Part shown: positions 36,553-46,834 of the stretch, one piece after another
Position numbering within the stretch: position 1 is the stretch's first letter
How the letters are laid out: each line of letters opens with the position of its first letter
Assembly (NCBI GenBank): GCA_965369325.1
Contig: CBDUQI010000001.1
Coordinates: 1,748 to 65,747 of the forward strand
Origin: an uncultured Gammaproteobacteria bacterium
GTDB taxonomy: Bacteria > Pseudomonadota > Gammaproteobacteria > Steroidobacterales > JBCBZW01
Direction of reading: 5' to 3'
DNA: 64,000 bases
The notes under the pieces: model-generated
Databases searched by the model: none
What the model was told of the DNA's origin: nothing
Seen by the model: only the letters and a program-made list of their open reading frames with translations
Program-made: the position numbers and the translations under genes

Positions 36553-39171
36553 TCACACGAAACTGTACCGGAACGCACCATCGTCACCGAGTGATACTTC
36601 CAGTCGCTCTGGCGCTGGATCGGTGCCGAGTTTACCCAGCACTTCGGTGGAAATATCGGGCACCAGTGTCTCGTTAATAACGTAATCGATATTTCGTGCG
36701 CCGGTCTCCACCTCTTGACACCGTGCAACAATCTGGTCAGCAACTTTTTCGTGAAACACCAGCTCTATGCGCTGCGCGTGACCCAGGCGTCTAATTAGCT
36801 TGCCCAACTTCAGATCGACGATCTCCCTCAACACCTCATCCGCAAGTGGCAGATACGGCACGATGTTCATACGCGCCAGCAACGCCGGTTTGAAGTGACT
36901 GGACAGGCTCGGGCGAATCTGCCGCGATAACTCAACCGGATCTACATTCTTGTTATCTTGCCAGTGCTGCAAGATCTGCTCAGAGGCCAGATTGCTGGTC
37001 AAAAACACGATCGTGTTGCGGAAATTCACCGTCAGGCTCTGCCCGTCTGCTAACTCACCTTTGTCGAACAACTGATAAAACAGATTCATGACATCAGGAT
37101 GCGCTTTTTCCACCTCATCCAGCAGGACGACGGAGTACGGGCGCTGGCGTACTGCCTCGGTCAGCATCCCGCCTTTATCAGAATCGACATAACCAGGCGG
37201 CGAGCCGATGAGTCGGGACACCGAATGCTTTTCCATAAATTCCGACATATTGACCGTGGTCATGAACCGTTCACCGCCAAACATAAGGTCCGCCACACCC
37301 AGCGCAGTCTCGGTCTTACCCACACCACTCGGCCCCACCAACAGGAACACGCCGATTGGTGCATCGGGATTGGCCATCCCCGCTTTGGATGCGCGAATGC
37401 GCTGATCAAGTACGGCAATCGCGTGATCTTGACCTTTTATGCGAGCCTGGAGACCCTCAGAGAAATCAAGCACACTACTGGCCTGATCGCGCACCATTTT
37501 ACCGAGCGGGATGCCAGTCCAATCCGATATCACCTGCGCGACGGTATCCGGGCTGGCTTCATGCGCCACCAGCGGGTCGCCCTGTTGAAGCTCCGCGAGG
37601 CGCTCGCATACGCCGGCGAGTTCTTCACGCGAGCCCGGGCTGCTCGGGTCTTCTTGGTCCTGCGCGGCCAACTGCGCACGCAGTTCCAACACGCGGCTCG
37701 CGAGGGTTTTCTCCTCGTGCCAACGTATCTCAACGGCGGCACGCGCCTGGTCGGTCGATTCCATTTCCAGCACCAACTCACTCACCCGCGCGTGCGCCTG
37801 ACTCACGCCCGTGTCGATATCACGCTGTATCGCCTGTCGCTCACGTTCCAGAATCCGCATTTGGGACTCTAGGCTTTCGAGCGCAGCGGGCTTGGTGCTC
37901 TGGCTGAGCTTAACTCTGGCACTGGCAGTATCAAGCACATCGACCGATTTATCAGGCAGCAGGCGCCCAGAAATGTATCGAGCGGACATTTCGGCCGCAG
38001 CAACAATGGCATCATCGCGCACATACACACCGTGCGCTTTCTCATACACCTTACGCAGCCCACGCATGATAATCGTGGCTTGCTCCGGCGTGGGCTCCGC
38101 CAGCTTGATCGGATGAAACCGCCGAGCAAGCGCCGCGTCCTTTTCTATATATTTTTTGTACTCCGACCAGGTGGTCGCAGCAATCGTACGTAACTCACCG
38201 CGTGCCAAGGCAGGCTTGAGGATATTCGCCGCGTCACCGGTACCAGCCGCGCCACCGGCACCAATCAACGTATGCACTTCATCGATAAATAGAACGATCG
38301 GTTTTTCGGATGCCTTTACCGCCTGGATCACTGACTTCAAACGCTTTTCGAACTCGCCACGTACACTAGCCCCCGCCTGCATTGCCTGCAGGTCCAACGC
38401 CAGCAAACTAACCTCTTTCATGCTATCGGGCACTTCGCCGGCAGCGATACGCAGGGCAAGTCCTTCAACGAGAGCCGTCTTGCCCACACCCGCTTCACCC
38501 ACTGCAAGTGGATTGTTCTTTCGGCGCCGCCCAAGCACGTCGATAAGTTGGCGAATTTCTTCATCGCGGCAAAAAATGGGATCGATCTCGCCGGCGCGTG
38601 CGTTGGCCGTTAGGTCCTGTGCATACAGTGCCAGCGGCCCATCATCGCCGAGCGTACTGCCGGGCCCATCTACGGTGCCAGCGCTTGCTGCTCTTGGTTC
38701 GGCGCTAGCCTCAAGGAGCTCCGGCAGCGATTTGCGCAACCGTTCATGGGAGATTGCAGCAAGCTCATCGGCAGCATCCAGCTGTGCGCATAACTGGCGA
38801 TTTATCAGTAGCGACAACAACAGCACGCCGGAGCATACCTCTTTGTGCTCAAACTCAATAGACCCCAGAAGCCACGCCTCCTGGAACCAGTCAATCAACA
38901 ACGCGGAGTAAACCGGACGCTCACCGTGGCCTGTCTTGCCCTGCTCCAACTGCCGGTGTACGCCCGCCAACACCCGATCAGCATCCACATCGAAATGGCG
39001 CAATATCGTATGCACGTCATGATTGGGTTCGTTTAGGAACGCGGCAAACAGGTGCTCGACGGCAATCTCGTAGTTACCACGCTCGATGCAAGCCTCAGCC
39101 GCGTCCCCCAAAGCACGTCGGCAATACGGGCTAAGTCGCCGGATCAAAGGCTTTAACGCAACATTTACCAT
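36553..39171 (-). CDS. tssH: T6SS AAA+ ATPase ClpV (TssH)
   Basis: 872 aa with a Clp N-domain and two AAA+ modules (GEAGVGKT and GPSGVGKT). Its position after tssG supports the call. Confidence 0.9.
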   Translation of the reverse strand: MVNVALKPLIRRLSPYCRRALGDAAEACIERGNYEIAVEHLFAAFLNEPNHDVHTILRHFDVDADRVLAGVHRQLEQGKTGHGERPVYSALLIDWFQEAWLLGSIEFEHKEVCSGVLLLSLLINRQLCAQLDAADELAAISHERLRKSLPELLEASAEPRAASAGTVDGPGSTLGDDGPLALYAQDLTANARAGEIDPIFCRDEEIRQLIDVLGRRRKNNPLAVGEAGVGKTALVEGLALRIAAGEVPDSMKEVSLLALDLQAMQAGASVRGEFEKRLKSVIQAVKASEKPIVLFIDEVHTLIGAGGAAGTGDAANILKPALARGELRTIAATTWSEYKKYIEKDAALARRFHPIKLAEPTPEQATIIMRGLRKVYEKAHGVYVRDDAIVAAAEMSARYISGRLLPDKSVDVLDTASARVKLSQSTKPAALESLESQMRILERERQAIQRDIDTGVSQAHARVSELVLEMESTDQARAAVEIRWHEEKTLASRVLELRAQLAAQDQEDPSSPGSREELAGVCERLAELQQGDPLVAHEASPDTVAQVISDWTGIPLGKMVRDQASSVLDFSEGLQARIKGQDHAIAVLDQRIRASKAGMANPDAPIGVFLLVGPSGVGKTETALGVADLMFGGERFMTTVNMSEFMEKHSVSRLIGSPPGYVDSDKGGMLTEAVRQRPYSVVLLDEVEKAHPDVMNLFYQLFDKGELADGQSLTVNFRNTIVFLTSNLASEQILQHWQDNKNVDPVELSRQIRPSLSSHFKPALLARMNIVPYLPLADEVLREIVDLKLGKLIRRLGHAQRIELVFHEKVADQIVARCQEVETGARNIDYVINETLVPDISTEVLGKLGTDPAPERLEVSLGDDGAFRYSFV

Positions 39172-40187
39172 CGATATTCTCCTGCGAACCTAGCGCCCAC
39201 CGTACCCGCGCGCGATGCCAACCAACTATCCCTACCAAGTTGTCCGGCACCCGCCCCTCCAAGTAAGGTGCTCTGTTCATCGGCATGCCTCAAGCGAAGT
39301 TGCAGTTCGTAATCCAGCGGACGCGATAGCACTCTTTCCATTAGGCTGGCAAGCATCCGTCGACGCTCACCCCCAGCCTGCAACGATTCAAACTGTCGGC
39401 GCGTAAGATCGCGTATGTGCAGGCGCAAACCCGCGCCGCGATCGGCCACTGTACTTCCCAAGCTTAGATCGCGGCCGAGGGTACTGGCGCGTCGGCCCAA
39501 CCGGCACTGCTGATCTTCGGGGATATCCATATGCCCCAGCACGAACTGTTCGATACGCACATCCAGGCGCAACATCGAGCAAAGGATTTTTCGAAGCATT
39601 GGCGCGGAGCACTCCTGACGCGAGAGCCCCCCCAGCAGCGTCAACAGCCGCGTTGGGGCGAACGGCAAATCGGCGGCGTTGTCGCCAGGTAGGCCGATCA
39701 GCGCCAACGCGCGCCGAGAGAACACATCCCGGCCATCCGCCTGATACTCCATGTAGTATCGATACTTTTTCCAACAACGGTAGAGCAACGCGTACAGTCG
39801 ATGATGAAATACATCCACAAAGTGGCGTTGCGGACTCTCCTGGTCTTCATCATGAAGAAATCGTTCGGAGTAAAAATCCGGTAGGGGTGAATCCACACCG
39901 TACAAACCGAAAAAATTGACGGTCAAGCGATAGCGTTCTCGCTCGTCATCAACATCCAGCGGTGGCAACACCTCCAGCGCATCCAGATCGCTGCTCGGAA
40001 AGGCCAGCGATGTACTGGGTCGGATTTGAAGTAACTCATCAAGGGTACTGGGCTCGCCCCGCCAGTCAGGCACCTGGCTAAGATGCTGCTCAAGCAGGTG
40101 GATCGCCTGGAAAAAATCAAAGCGATAAGGCCGCGCCATTAGTTGCGCAATTACATTATCGGTCGGTTGCCTGACCTCGGTAACCAC
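39165..40187 (-). CDS. tssG: T6SS baseplate subunit TssG
   Basis: Carries the hallmark PYRFDFFQAIHLLE. The GTG at 40187 overlaps tssF by 37 nt, and an alternative ATG lies at 40139. Confidence 0.85.
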   Translation of the reverse strand: MVTEVRQPTDNVIAQLMARPYRFDFFQAIHLLEQHLSQVPDWRGEPSTLDELLQIRPSTSLAFPSSDLDALEVLPPLDVDDERERYRLTVNFFGLYGVDSPLPDFYSERFLHDEDQESPQRHFVDVFHHRLYALLYRCWKKYRYYMEYQADGRDVFSRRALALIGLPGDNAADLPFAPTRLLTLLGGLSRQECSAPMLRKILCSMLRLDVRIEQFVLGHMDIPEDQQCRLGRRASTLGRDLSLGSTVADRGAGLRLHIRDLTRRQFESLQAGGERRRMLASLMERVLSRPLDYELQLRLRHADEQSTLLGGAGAGQLGRDSWLASRAGTVGARFAGEYRW

Positions 40188-41911
40188 TTGAATACCTCAT
40201 CGCTATCGCGATCAACCAAACTAAGTTGATGAAAGGAATTAAGGCCCGCGAACGAGCCCAAGAACTCGTCCAAAACGCACCCAAACGCATACACCGCCCC
40301 AAGGCTTCTAAAATCCGTCCGCGACACCGACAAGCGCGTCGACACACCGCGGATGGGCAATCCTCGGTACAGGCGATTGGCCGGAGCGCTACTGATCACC
40401 CGCAGACTCCCAAGTTGTTTTGCTGTGCGACGCCCGGCGGGCGCATCGACTTTCCCTTTGAAATCGTAGGTGTTCAATACGGTTCGCAACGTATCTGTAT
40501 TTAGCAACGTGGTGTAATTGGCAGACATATTGGCCACCAGTTGCCACAATGTGTGCTCGCCCAGCGGCGGCTCAAGGTGACGGCTTGGGCGAATTAGGTT
40601 CTTGAACGTCGCAAACTCGGGTGAGGTTGAAGTGCTTACACGGATGTCACCAGGATCTAACGCGTGCGGCAGATTTCCGTTACTACATGTCAGATCAACC
40701 GATACCGTTTGCTCGCGGCGTGCTGTGGGCTCGCTGTGCACAACGAAGGAGACGTAAGCGTTGCCCAAGCCGCCCTGCGGCGCTTGAGCGAATCTCAAGC
40801 GGTAGTAGTCACGATCAGTCGGATCAGATTGATGCTCGAATGATTCGAATCGATGAAATACTTTCTTCTCGCGCTCACCCGCCACATACCCAGCACAGGC
40901 ATCTACCGCATACAGCTCACAATGCATCCCTTTGGCACGCTCCACCACCAATGGATACTCGCTGTGCGAGGCCTCCAGCGGAATCGGCCGCGCCGTGCCT
41001 TCAAACAGATTCACAATGGGCACACAATTAATCCGCAGAGCCTGCGCTTCGCGAATCCCTGAAAAATCCAGATGCCGATCGAAGTTGATAGTTAGTACAA
41101 GCTGATCCGCACCGTGTTCACCAAGCGCCGAGGCAATACGCCCAAAACCGTTGAGATCAACAAACAACTGATGCTCAGGAAAACAAAAATACTCCTGCAA
41201 GCCGAGATAACCGCTCGCAACTGAGCCGGTCTCCGGAAGCAGCTCTTCGCCCTCAACACGCTGCGGCGCCGAGAAGGCCTTTGAGGACAATTCAACACGT
41301 GCGACCGGCTGCCCGCCGGACAGGCATACCGCCTGCACATCGCGGGTGTGGTGCAGCAAAAATCGATATAGGTCCGCCGCCCGATCAAGTTGATCATTTA
41401 GGTAAAACCGAAGCCCGTCCTCGGTATCGGCAAACCCTGCGTTCGGCCACACAGAGAATGACAACTCGAGTGCGGCATGTGACCGATGCTCACGCACGAC
41501 CAAATCTTCAAGACCCAGTGGATGCAAAGCCACCGACCTGCTGGTGCGGAAAAGGCAACGAGAGCCGTCCACAGGAATCGACTGCACTTCGGTGCCCGCA
41601 GGAACCACCCGGGTCTCGGAAAACGCATTTGGTACCGGCGTGAATTCAAGAACAGACATCGCTGGCACTGGCCGCAGATAGTGCGGCCACCACAGGCCAA
41701 GCAGGCTCTGAATAATCTCAGGGAACTCATCGTCGAGTTTCTCACGCAGGCGTCCGGTCAGGAACGCGAACCCCTCGAACAAGCGTTCAACGTCCGGGTC
41801 GCTGGCGTCCTTGGCCAAAAACCCCGCTATGTCCCAATGCTCACGCGCCGCGCGCTGGCGCATATCGCGCAGGTACTCAAGTTCATCAAGATAGTAGGCG
41901 TTGCGTGGCAT
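40151..41911 (-). CDS. tssF: T6SS baseplate subunit TssF
   Basis: 586 aa with a typical N-terminus (YYLDELEYLRDMRQRAAREH...ERLFEGFAFLTGRL). Confidence 0.9.
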   Translation of the reverse strand: MPRNAYYLDELEYLRDMRQRAAREHWDIAGFLAKDASDPDVERLFEGFAFLTGRLREKLDDEFPEIIQSLLGLWWPHYLRPVPAMSVLEFTPVPNAFSETRVVPAGTEVQSIPVDGSRCLFRTSRSVALHPLGLEDLVVREHRSHAALELSFSVWPNAGFADTEDGLRFYLNDQLDRAADLYRFLLHHTRDVQAVCLSGGQPVARVELSSKAFSAPQRVEGEELLPETGSVASGYLGLQEYFCFPEHQLFVDLNGFGRIASALGEHGADQLVLTINFDRHLDFSGIREAQALRINCVPIVNLFEGTARPIPLEASHSEYPLVVERAKGMHCELYAVDACAGYVAGEREKKVFHRFESFEHQSDPTDRDYYRLRFAQAPQGGLGNAYVSFVVHSEPTARREQTVSVDLTCSNGNLPHALDPGDIRVSTSTSPEFATFKNLIRPSRHLEPPLGEHTLWQLVANMSANYTTLLNTDTLRTVLNTYDFKGKVDAPAGRRTAKQLGSLRVISSAPANRLYRGLPIRGVSTRLSVSRTDFRSLGAVYAFGCVLDEFLGSFAGLNSFHQLSLVDRDSDEVFKWLPRSGNRPIM

Positions 41912-41920
41912 ATCTATTTC

Positions 41921-42349
41921 CTAGGCCCGCTCCACGGAGAAGTGATCCAGGCGTGCCATCACCGTCTGAACCCTGAACGGGGTCTCACCGGCATCAGGCA
42001 ACTCAAAGCTTGCGGTGATTTCAAAGCGCAGCGCCCCCGGGCGCAGTTCCGGTTGTTGCTCCACACGAACATCCCTGAGGCGCGGCTCAAACTCCTCGAT
42101 CATCTCTTTGATGGCACTGCGCAAACGATTGCCCGGATTGCTGTAGAGCAAAAACCATCCGGAGAAATCGGGTATGCCGCAACGAGGGGCCGACTGCGAA
42201 TTCCCCTGGCGAACCTGAAACAAACAGCGCAGGTTATCGATAATCGACTGCTCCACGGCGCTGGGCGACGTGCGCCTGTGTATGGTATCCACATGAGGCG
42301 CCGCCCGGTCCAGGCGAGCAAGTAAATTGCGATCAGCCATTTGCGCCAA
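41921..42349 (-). CDS. tssE: T6SS baseplate subunit TssE (gp25-like)
   Basis: 142 aa, GPW/gp25-like (SIIDNLRCLFQVRQGNS...GIPDFSG). Its size and position support the call. Confidence 0.8.
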   Translation of the reverse strand: MAQMADRNLLARLDRAAPHVDTIHRRTSPSAVEQSIIDNLRCLFQVRQGNSQSAPRCGIPDFSGWFLLYSNPGNRLRSAIKEMIEEFEPRLRDVRVEQQPELRPGALRFEITASFELPDAGETPFRVQTVMARLDHFSVERA

Positions 42350-42384
42350 AGCCCGTGCGGCCGTTAACTCGCCCGCTCAGGTTC

Positions 42385-43896
42385 TCATTCGGAATCACCC
42401 GATTTCTCTTTCGCTACCAGCGAGAGCTCGAAGTCGCCTCCCTCATATTTGAAGTGAGGACTGACATTGATCGCAACCTTATACCAACCCGGATCGCCCT
42501 CAATATCCTCTACGGTGATATCCGCCTTGCGCAGTGGATATCGAGCCATGATGCCCGCCGGCGGATTTTCCTGATCTGACACATACTGGCCGATCCAATC
42601 GCGCAACTGACGCTGCAACACCTCTCGACTGATCCCGCTGCCGAGCTTCTCACGCTGCATAACCTTGACGTAATGTGCGAGCCTGTTAATGAGAAACATG
42701 TAAGGGAACTTGGTCCCCAGCTTATAGTTTGCCTCGGCGCGCTTGCCTTCTGCGTTGTTGGTAAACCGCTTGGGCTTCTGCGCTGAATTGGCGGAGAAGA
42801 ACGCAGCGTTATCGCTGCCTTTGCGCATCACCAGCGGAATAAAACCGTGCTCCGATAGTTCAAAGTCACGTCGATCAGTTAGTAACGCCTCCGTTGGGAT
42901 CTTCGATTCTATCTGCCCCATCGCTTCGTAGGTGTGCATCGGCAGGTCAGTCACGGCGCCACCGCCCTCGGGACCGATGATATTCGCGCACCAGCGGTAC
43001 TCGGCAAAACTCTCAGTCAAGCGGCTCGCGAATGCGAAGGATGTGTTGCCCCACAGGTAGCTCCCGTGATCGCCTTCAATCGTCTCATCATAGTGAAAAT
43101 CTTTCACCGGATTGTCTTCTGGATGATACGGCGCGCGCAGCAAGAATCGCGGTAGGGTCAAGCCGACATAGCGGGCATCTTCGGACTCGCGGAAACCGCG
43201 CCATTTTGCGTACTGAGGGCCTTCGAAAATTCCGTCCAGGTCCTTAAGGTTAGGCAGGTTCTGGAAATCACCATCCATGTTCGGAAAAAAGGTGGAACTG
43301 GCGGCCGCAAAGAACGGCGCGTGGGCCATTGCAGCTACGCCTGCTACGTTACGAAGCAGGCTCATGTCGGGCGTGTTAGCCGAGAACTCGTAATTTCCGA
43401 TAATCGCGCCGTACGCCTCACCGCCAAACACGCCGTACTCAGCGCTGTAAACAGTTTTGTACAGCCCGGACATTGTAAGATCCGGAGAATCGGCGAAATC
43501 ATCGCTAAGGTCCTGCTTGGAGACATTCAGCATCTCCACCCGGCAGTTTTCGCGAAAGTCAGTGTGATCTACCAGGTACTTCAGCCCGCGCCAGGCTGAT
43601 TCCAGTTCCTGAAACTGCTCGTTGTGCAAAACGGCATCAATTTGGGAGCCCATTTTCGCATCGAGCTCTGCGACCAGCGTATCGATCAGCCCGCCTTGTA
43701 CGCGCTCATTCGTGCGCTTCTCGCTGACCAAAATTCTAATCAGCTCGCCAATGCCTTTCTTGGCTTTATCGTACCCCTCGGTGCCAACACCAATGCCGGT
43801 GGCATCCGCAATATCGTCGAGCAAATCGCTTTCGACCTGCGCGTCCTGCGATCCTTGTGCTTCCTGCTGATCCTTGTTGTCCGCCATGTTGGACAC
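42385..43896 (-). CDS. tssC: T6SS contractile sheath large subunit TssC
   Basis: 503 aa with conserved blocks (AWRGLKYLV, RYVGLTLPRFLLRAPY, KFPYMFLINRLAHY). Confidence 0.9.
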   Translation of the reverse strand: MSNMADNKDQQEAQGSQDAQVESDLLDDIADATGIGVGTEGYDKAKKGIGELIRILVSEKRTNERVQGGLIDTLVAELDAKMGSQIDAVLHNEQFQELESAWRGLKYLVDHTDFRENCRVEMLNVSKQDLSDDFADSPDLTMSGLYKTVYSAEYGVFGGEAYGAIIGNYEFSANTPDMSLLRNVAGVAAMAHAPFFAAASSTFFPNMDGDFQNLPNLKDLDGIFEGPQYAKWRGFRESEDARYVGLTLPRFLLRAPYHPEDNPVKDFHYDETIEGDHGSYLWGNTSFAFASRLTESFAEYRWCANIIGPEGGGAVTDLPMHTYEAMGQIESKIPTEALLTDRRDFELSEHGFIPLVMRKGSDNAAFFSANSAQKPKRFTNNAEGKRAEANYKLGTKFPYMFLINRLAHYVKVMQREKLGSGISREVLQRQLRDWIGQYVSDQENPPAGIMARYPLRKADITVEDIEGDPGWYKVAINVSPHFKYEGGDFELSLVAKEKSGDSE

Positions 43897-43941
43897 CTCT
43901 TCGTAAAACCCAAAAACGTTTTTGGTCGATACTCTGACCGC

Positions 43942-44430
43942 TTAGTCTTCGATACCGAGTGCTTGCAATATTGCCGATCGTTTGTCCTCGTCCGACATCA
44001 ATTCCTGCATCTTCTTGCGAAAGGCCGGCACGTTGCCCAGCGGGCCCTTGAGCGCCAACAGCGTTTCACGCAACTCCATCAGCTCATTTAACTGCGGCAC
44101 CTGCTTAACGACGCTTTCCGGACGAAAGTCCGCCAACGAGGATATCTTCATTTCCAGCCCAAAATCCGAGTCTTCCCCATCACCGGCGATCTCATCTTTC
44201 ACGGTCATGTTCAGGGACAAATTCTGCGCGGCCATTACGTCGTTAAAGTTCTGTTTGTTAATGTTGATCGGCTCGCGCTCCTCAACCGGTGTGTCATCCT
44301 CACGCAAAGTGTAGTCACCGACCGCCAACAACTTGAGAGGTAGTTCCTTCTCTTCCTGGCCGTCGCCCTCGGGTTTGAATGTGATGTTAATGCGCTCACG
44401 CGGCGCAACCGTGGGTTTGTTCTTTGGCAT
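43942..44430 (-). CDS. tssB: T6SS contractile sheath small subunit TssB
   Basis: 162 aa with PRERINITFKPEG...ELPLKLLAVGDY. Confidence 0.9.
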   Translation of the reverse strand: MPKNKPTVAPRERINITFKPEGDGQEEKELPLKLLAVGDYTLREDDTPVEEREPININKQNFNDVMAAQNLSLNMTVKDEIAGDGEDSDFGLEMKISSLADFRPESVVKQVPQLNELMELRETLLALKGPLGNVPAFRKKMQELMSDEDKRSAILQALGIED

Positions 44431-44482
44431 TTCGTGCGCTCCAGGTCACTCGTTATCTAGATGAATCTCATGTCTACTCAGC

Positions 44483-46831
44483 TTACGCGCCATGCCGCGT
44501 GCCGAATTTCTCCAATGCCACCGCAGGTGCCAGCCGGCAGATTCGCGCTCGACCTTCATCCCGGAGCGCAACCGCTCGCGCTTTGCATGGTGCCTTTGCG
44601 GGGATGCCTGCCTCTACCTGCTGAGACAACCACGCCAGATCCATCGCGCGATCAGGATCCCAGCGCTCAAGAGCAAACTGGGACACCTCGCGCTCCATGG
44701 ACTCCAGATGCGCCAAGGCCAGTTCAGCAGCTTCCAGTTCAAGCAAGAATCTAACCAGCGTCATCCGCCAACGAAATTGAGCTTTGCCGCTGCGAGCATC
44801 GCGAACCCTGCTCTCAAGTAATTGTATAGCATCGGGCGCATTTCCTCCGCCAGCCGTCTCGCGTGCCTCGCTAAGTGCACTAATGACCTCCTCGTCGGCC
44901 ATTGCGCCACCTGCCGCCGGTGCACTGCTGTGCATCGTGTTGGCGCCTTGCACCTGCGACTCCAACCAGCTTCGCGTCGTGGCACTGGCGACAGCCACAT
45001 CCCCCATAAACGTCGACGATGGCAACGTCGGAAATCGCGCTAGCAGGGCGCGTAACTCGTGCTGTACGGCATCAATCGCCTCAGTCGCGTTTAGCTGCTT
45101 CAAGGCAATTGCTGTGTAGCGGTTTAGATCGAGACAAAACCGGTTGGACGACAGCATGTTCTCTGCAGCTTCAAGCATTGCAAGTGGGTCGCCGGCGGCC
45201 GCCAACTGATCCCAATCGGGTTGATTCGCGGGCGCGCGCAAGCTTTCGGTTTTAATCTGCGACCCAAGCGTACCCCAGAGCCAGTTCCGTAACAACTTGT
45301 AGGAAATAGGGTTTTTTGACTCATTCCGGCGCTTATAACGCACCAGACCAAGAATGTAGGTATTGCCGTCCTGCACCGCACGCCGAAAATCCTCAAGCCC
45401 CTCGACGGCCCCGGACCCGGTTGGTGGCGCGCCAGCAGAGGACACTTCTGCGGGCTGACGCGCAGCTGTCGTTGTGGTGTTCTCGGGAGCTATCGGCGCC
45501 TTGGACGATGGCTGGGATTCACGTGACTTTTCCTGCCTCGCGAGCGCCTGTTGCGCCTGCCCCGCCTCAACTTCACCGCGCAGCGCGCGTGCGATCCTAG
45601 CCAGCGCCGCCCGGCCCACCAGTAACTCCTCGCGCTGCGCTAACTGGGCGTTGACGGCATCGACCCGATGTAAACACAGTTGCAACTGATCCAATGTAAC
45701 GGTTGCTAAATCGGCCCGCTTGAACCACTGCTCCGACCGCTCGGACAACCAGCCAAGTGCTGCTTCCCGGCCCTTGGCACGCGAGGGGTAACAACAATCG
45801 CCGTAGTCTGTGAGAAACCCATCCAGCAACTGCACTGTGCGCGATAAGCCTCGAACACCGTCGCTTTGAAGGGCGGCATAGATGCAGTAGGCCATTACCC
45901 GTAAATCTTTCGATTGAGTGCCAAGATACGCCATACTTTGATCGAAGACGGCCTGCCAATCGACTTCGCGCACCCGCCAGGTATCGTTGACTTGTTGCTG
46001 CAACCGTTCAAACTCATCACTGAGGTGGCCCTCATCTCCTTGCGGCAGATCGCCCTGGATGGGGGCGGCCAGCGCTGCCAACCATTGCGCCAGCAACTCA
46101 TCCACCGGTTCAGGCGGCTGCGCCGGCTCCTCGTCATGCTCGGATTCAACCTCGGTGGAGGCTGTCTCGGGCGGCGCGTCTGTCTCACTTGCGACAGATT
46201 GAGCAGCGGATGCCTGTTCAGGCGCCGGCGCGGATGACTCCGCCGCTGGCGTGGGCGCTAGCGTATTCTCATCGCTCGAGGCAGCAGGGGCTGCGCTCAG
46301 CGCAGCATGCAGCTCATCAAAGATCGGCTTCTTACCGGCCACCTTGGGGTCGCCGGCAAGTATCGCCTTCATCCCATCAAGCGCCGCCATCATGCCCGCG
46401 CGTTGCTCGGGGCTACCGGTACGCAGAATTTCCTCCAGCCCACTCGCGGTCGTGCGCGAGGCCCACCATTGCAGTGCCTGCTGCCTTCCACGCACGCGCG
46501 GCGGAACCAGCGCCGCGACATCATTTGTGAGCAACCCGCCTAGCAACTCGGTGCCTGCAAGCACACCTTCCGCGCTGTGCATAACACTCCAGGCACGCGC
46601 CAGATAGCTGGCTACCCGTAGGTCCTTTTGCACTTTGCGCAAATACTCAAGGCTCAGTTTTTCTACCACCGTCCAGTCCGGCTCGGCGCCACTCACCCCA
46701 CTACGCTTGTCCACCTCGCCTTTGAGGGTTGAAAACGCTTCCGCTTGAGCCTCTTCATCCTGCAGCGCTTTTGGCGTACGAACTGGCTTGCCGACCAACT
46801 CCTGTGCAAGCACTTGCAATGTTTTCGCCAT
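44483..46831 (-). CDS. tssA: TssA-family protein with two ImpA_N-like modules
   Basis: 782 aa. The first ImpA_N-like block is at aa ~40-110 (DWTVVEKLSLEYLRKVQKDLRVASYLARAW) and the second at aa ~290-350 (VDWQAVFDQSMAYLGTQSKDLRVMAYCIYAAL). An acidic Ala/Pro/Glu-rich linker separates them. Confidence 0.75.
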   Translation of the reverse strand: MAKTLQVLAQELVGKPVRTPKALQDEEAQAEAFSTLKGEVDKRSGVSGAEPDWTVVEKLSLEYLRKVQKDLRVASYLARAWSVMHSAEGVLAGTELLGGLLTNDVAALVPPRVRGRQQALQWWASRTTASGLEEILRTGSPEQRAGMMAALDGMKAILAGDPKVAGKKPIFDELHAALSAAPAASSDENTLAPTPAAESSAPAPEQASAAQSVASETDAPPETASTEVESEHDEEPAQPPEPVDELLAQWLAALAAPIQGDLPQGDEGHLSDEFERLQQQVNDTWRVREVDWQAVFDQSMAYLGTQSKDLRVMAYCIYAALQSDGVRGLSRTVQLLDGFLTDYGDCCYPSRAKGREAALGWLSERSEQWFKRADLATVTLDQLQLCLHRVDAVNAQLAQREELLVGRAALARIARALRGEVEAGQAQQALARQEKSRESQPSSKAPIAPENTTTTAARQPAEVSSAGAPPTGSGAVEGLEDFRRAVQDGNTYILGLVRYKRRNESKNPISYKLLRNWLWGTLGSQIKTESLRAPANQPDWDQLAAAGDPLAMLEAAENMLSSNRFCLDLNRYTAIALKQLNATEAIDAVQHELRALLARFPTLPSSTFMGDVAVASATTRSWLESQVQGANTMHSSAPAAGGAMADEEVISALSEARETAGGGNAPDAIQLLESRVRDARSGKAQFRWRMTLVRFLLELEAAELALAHLESMEREVSQFALERWDPDRAMDLAWLSQQVEAGIPAKAPCKARAVALRDEGRARICRLAPAVALEKFGTRHGA

Positions 46832-46834
46832 CGC

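Noticed and set aside
38156-38911. 251-aa + strand ORF; similar long antisense ORFs occur at 37099-37872, 41486-42325, 46745-47419 and 47383-48030
   Set aside because: All lie antisense to confidently identified T6SS genes (clpV, tssF/tssE, pppA, tagF) and have Ser/Arg/Ala/Pro-rich low-information products.
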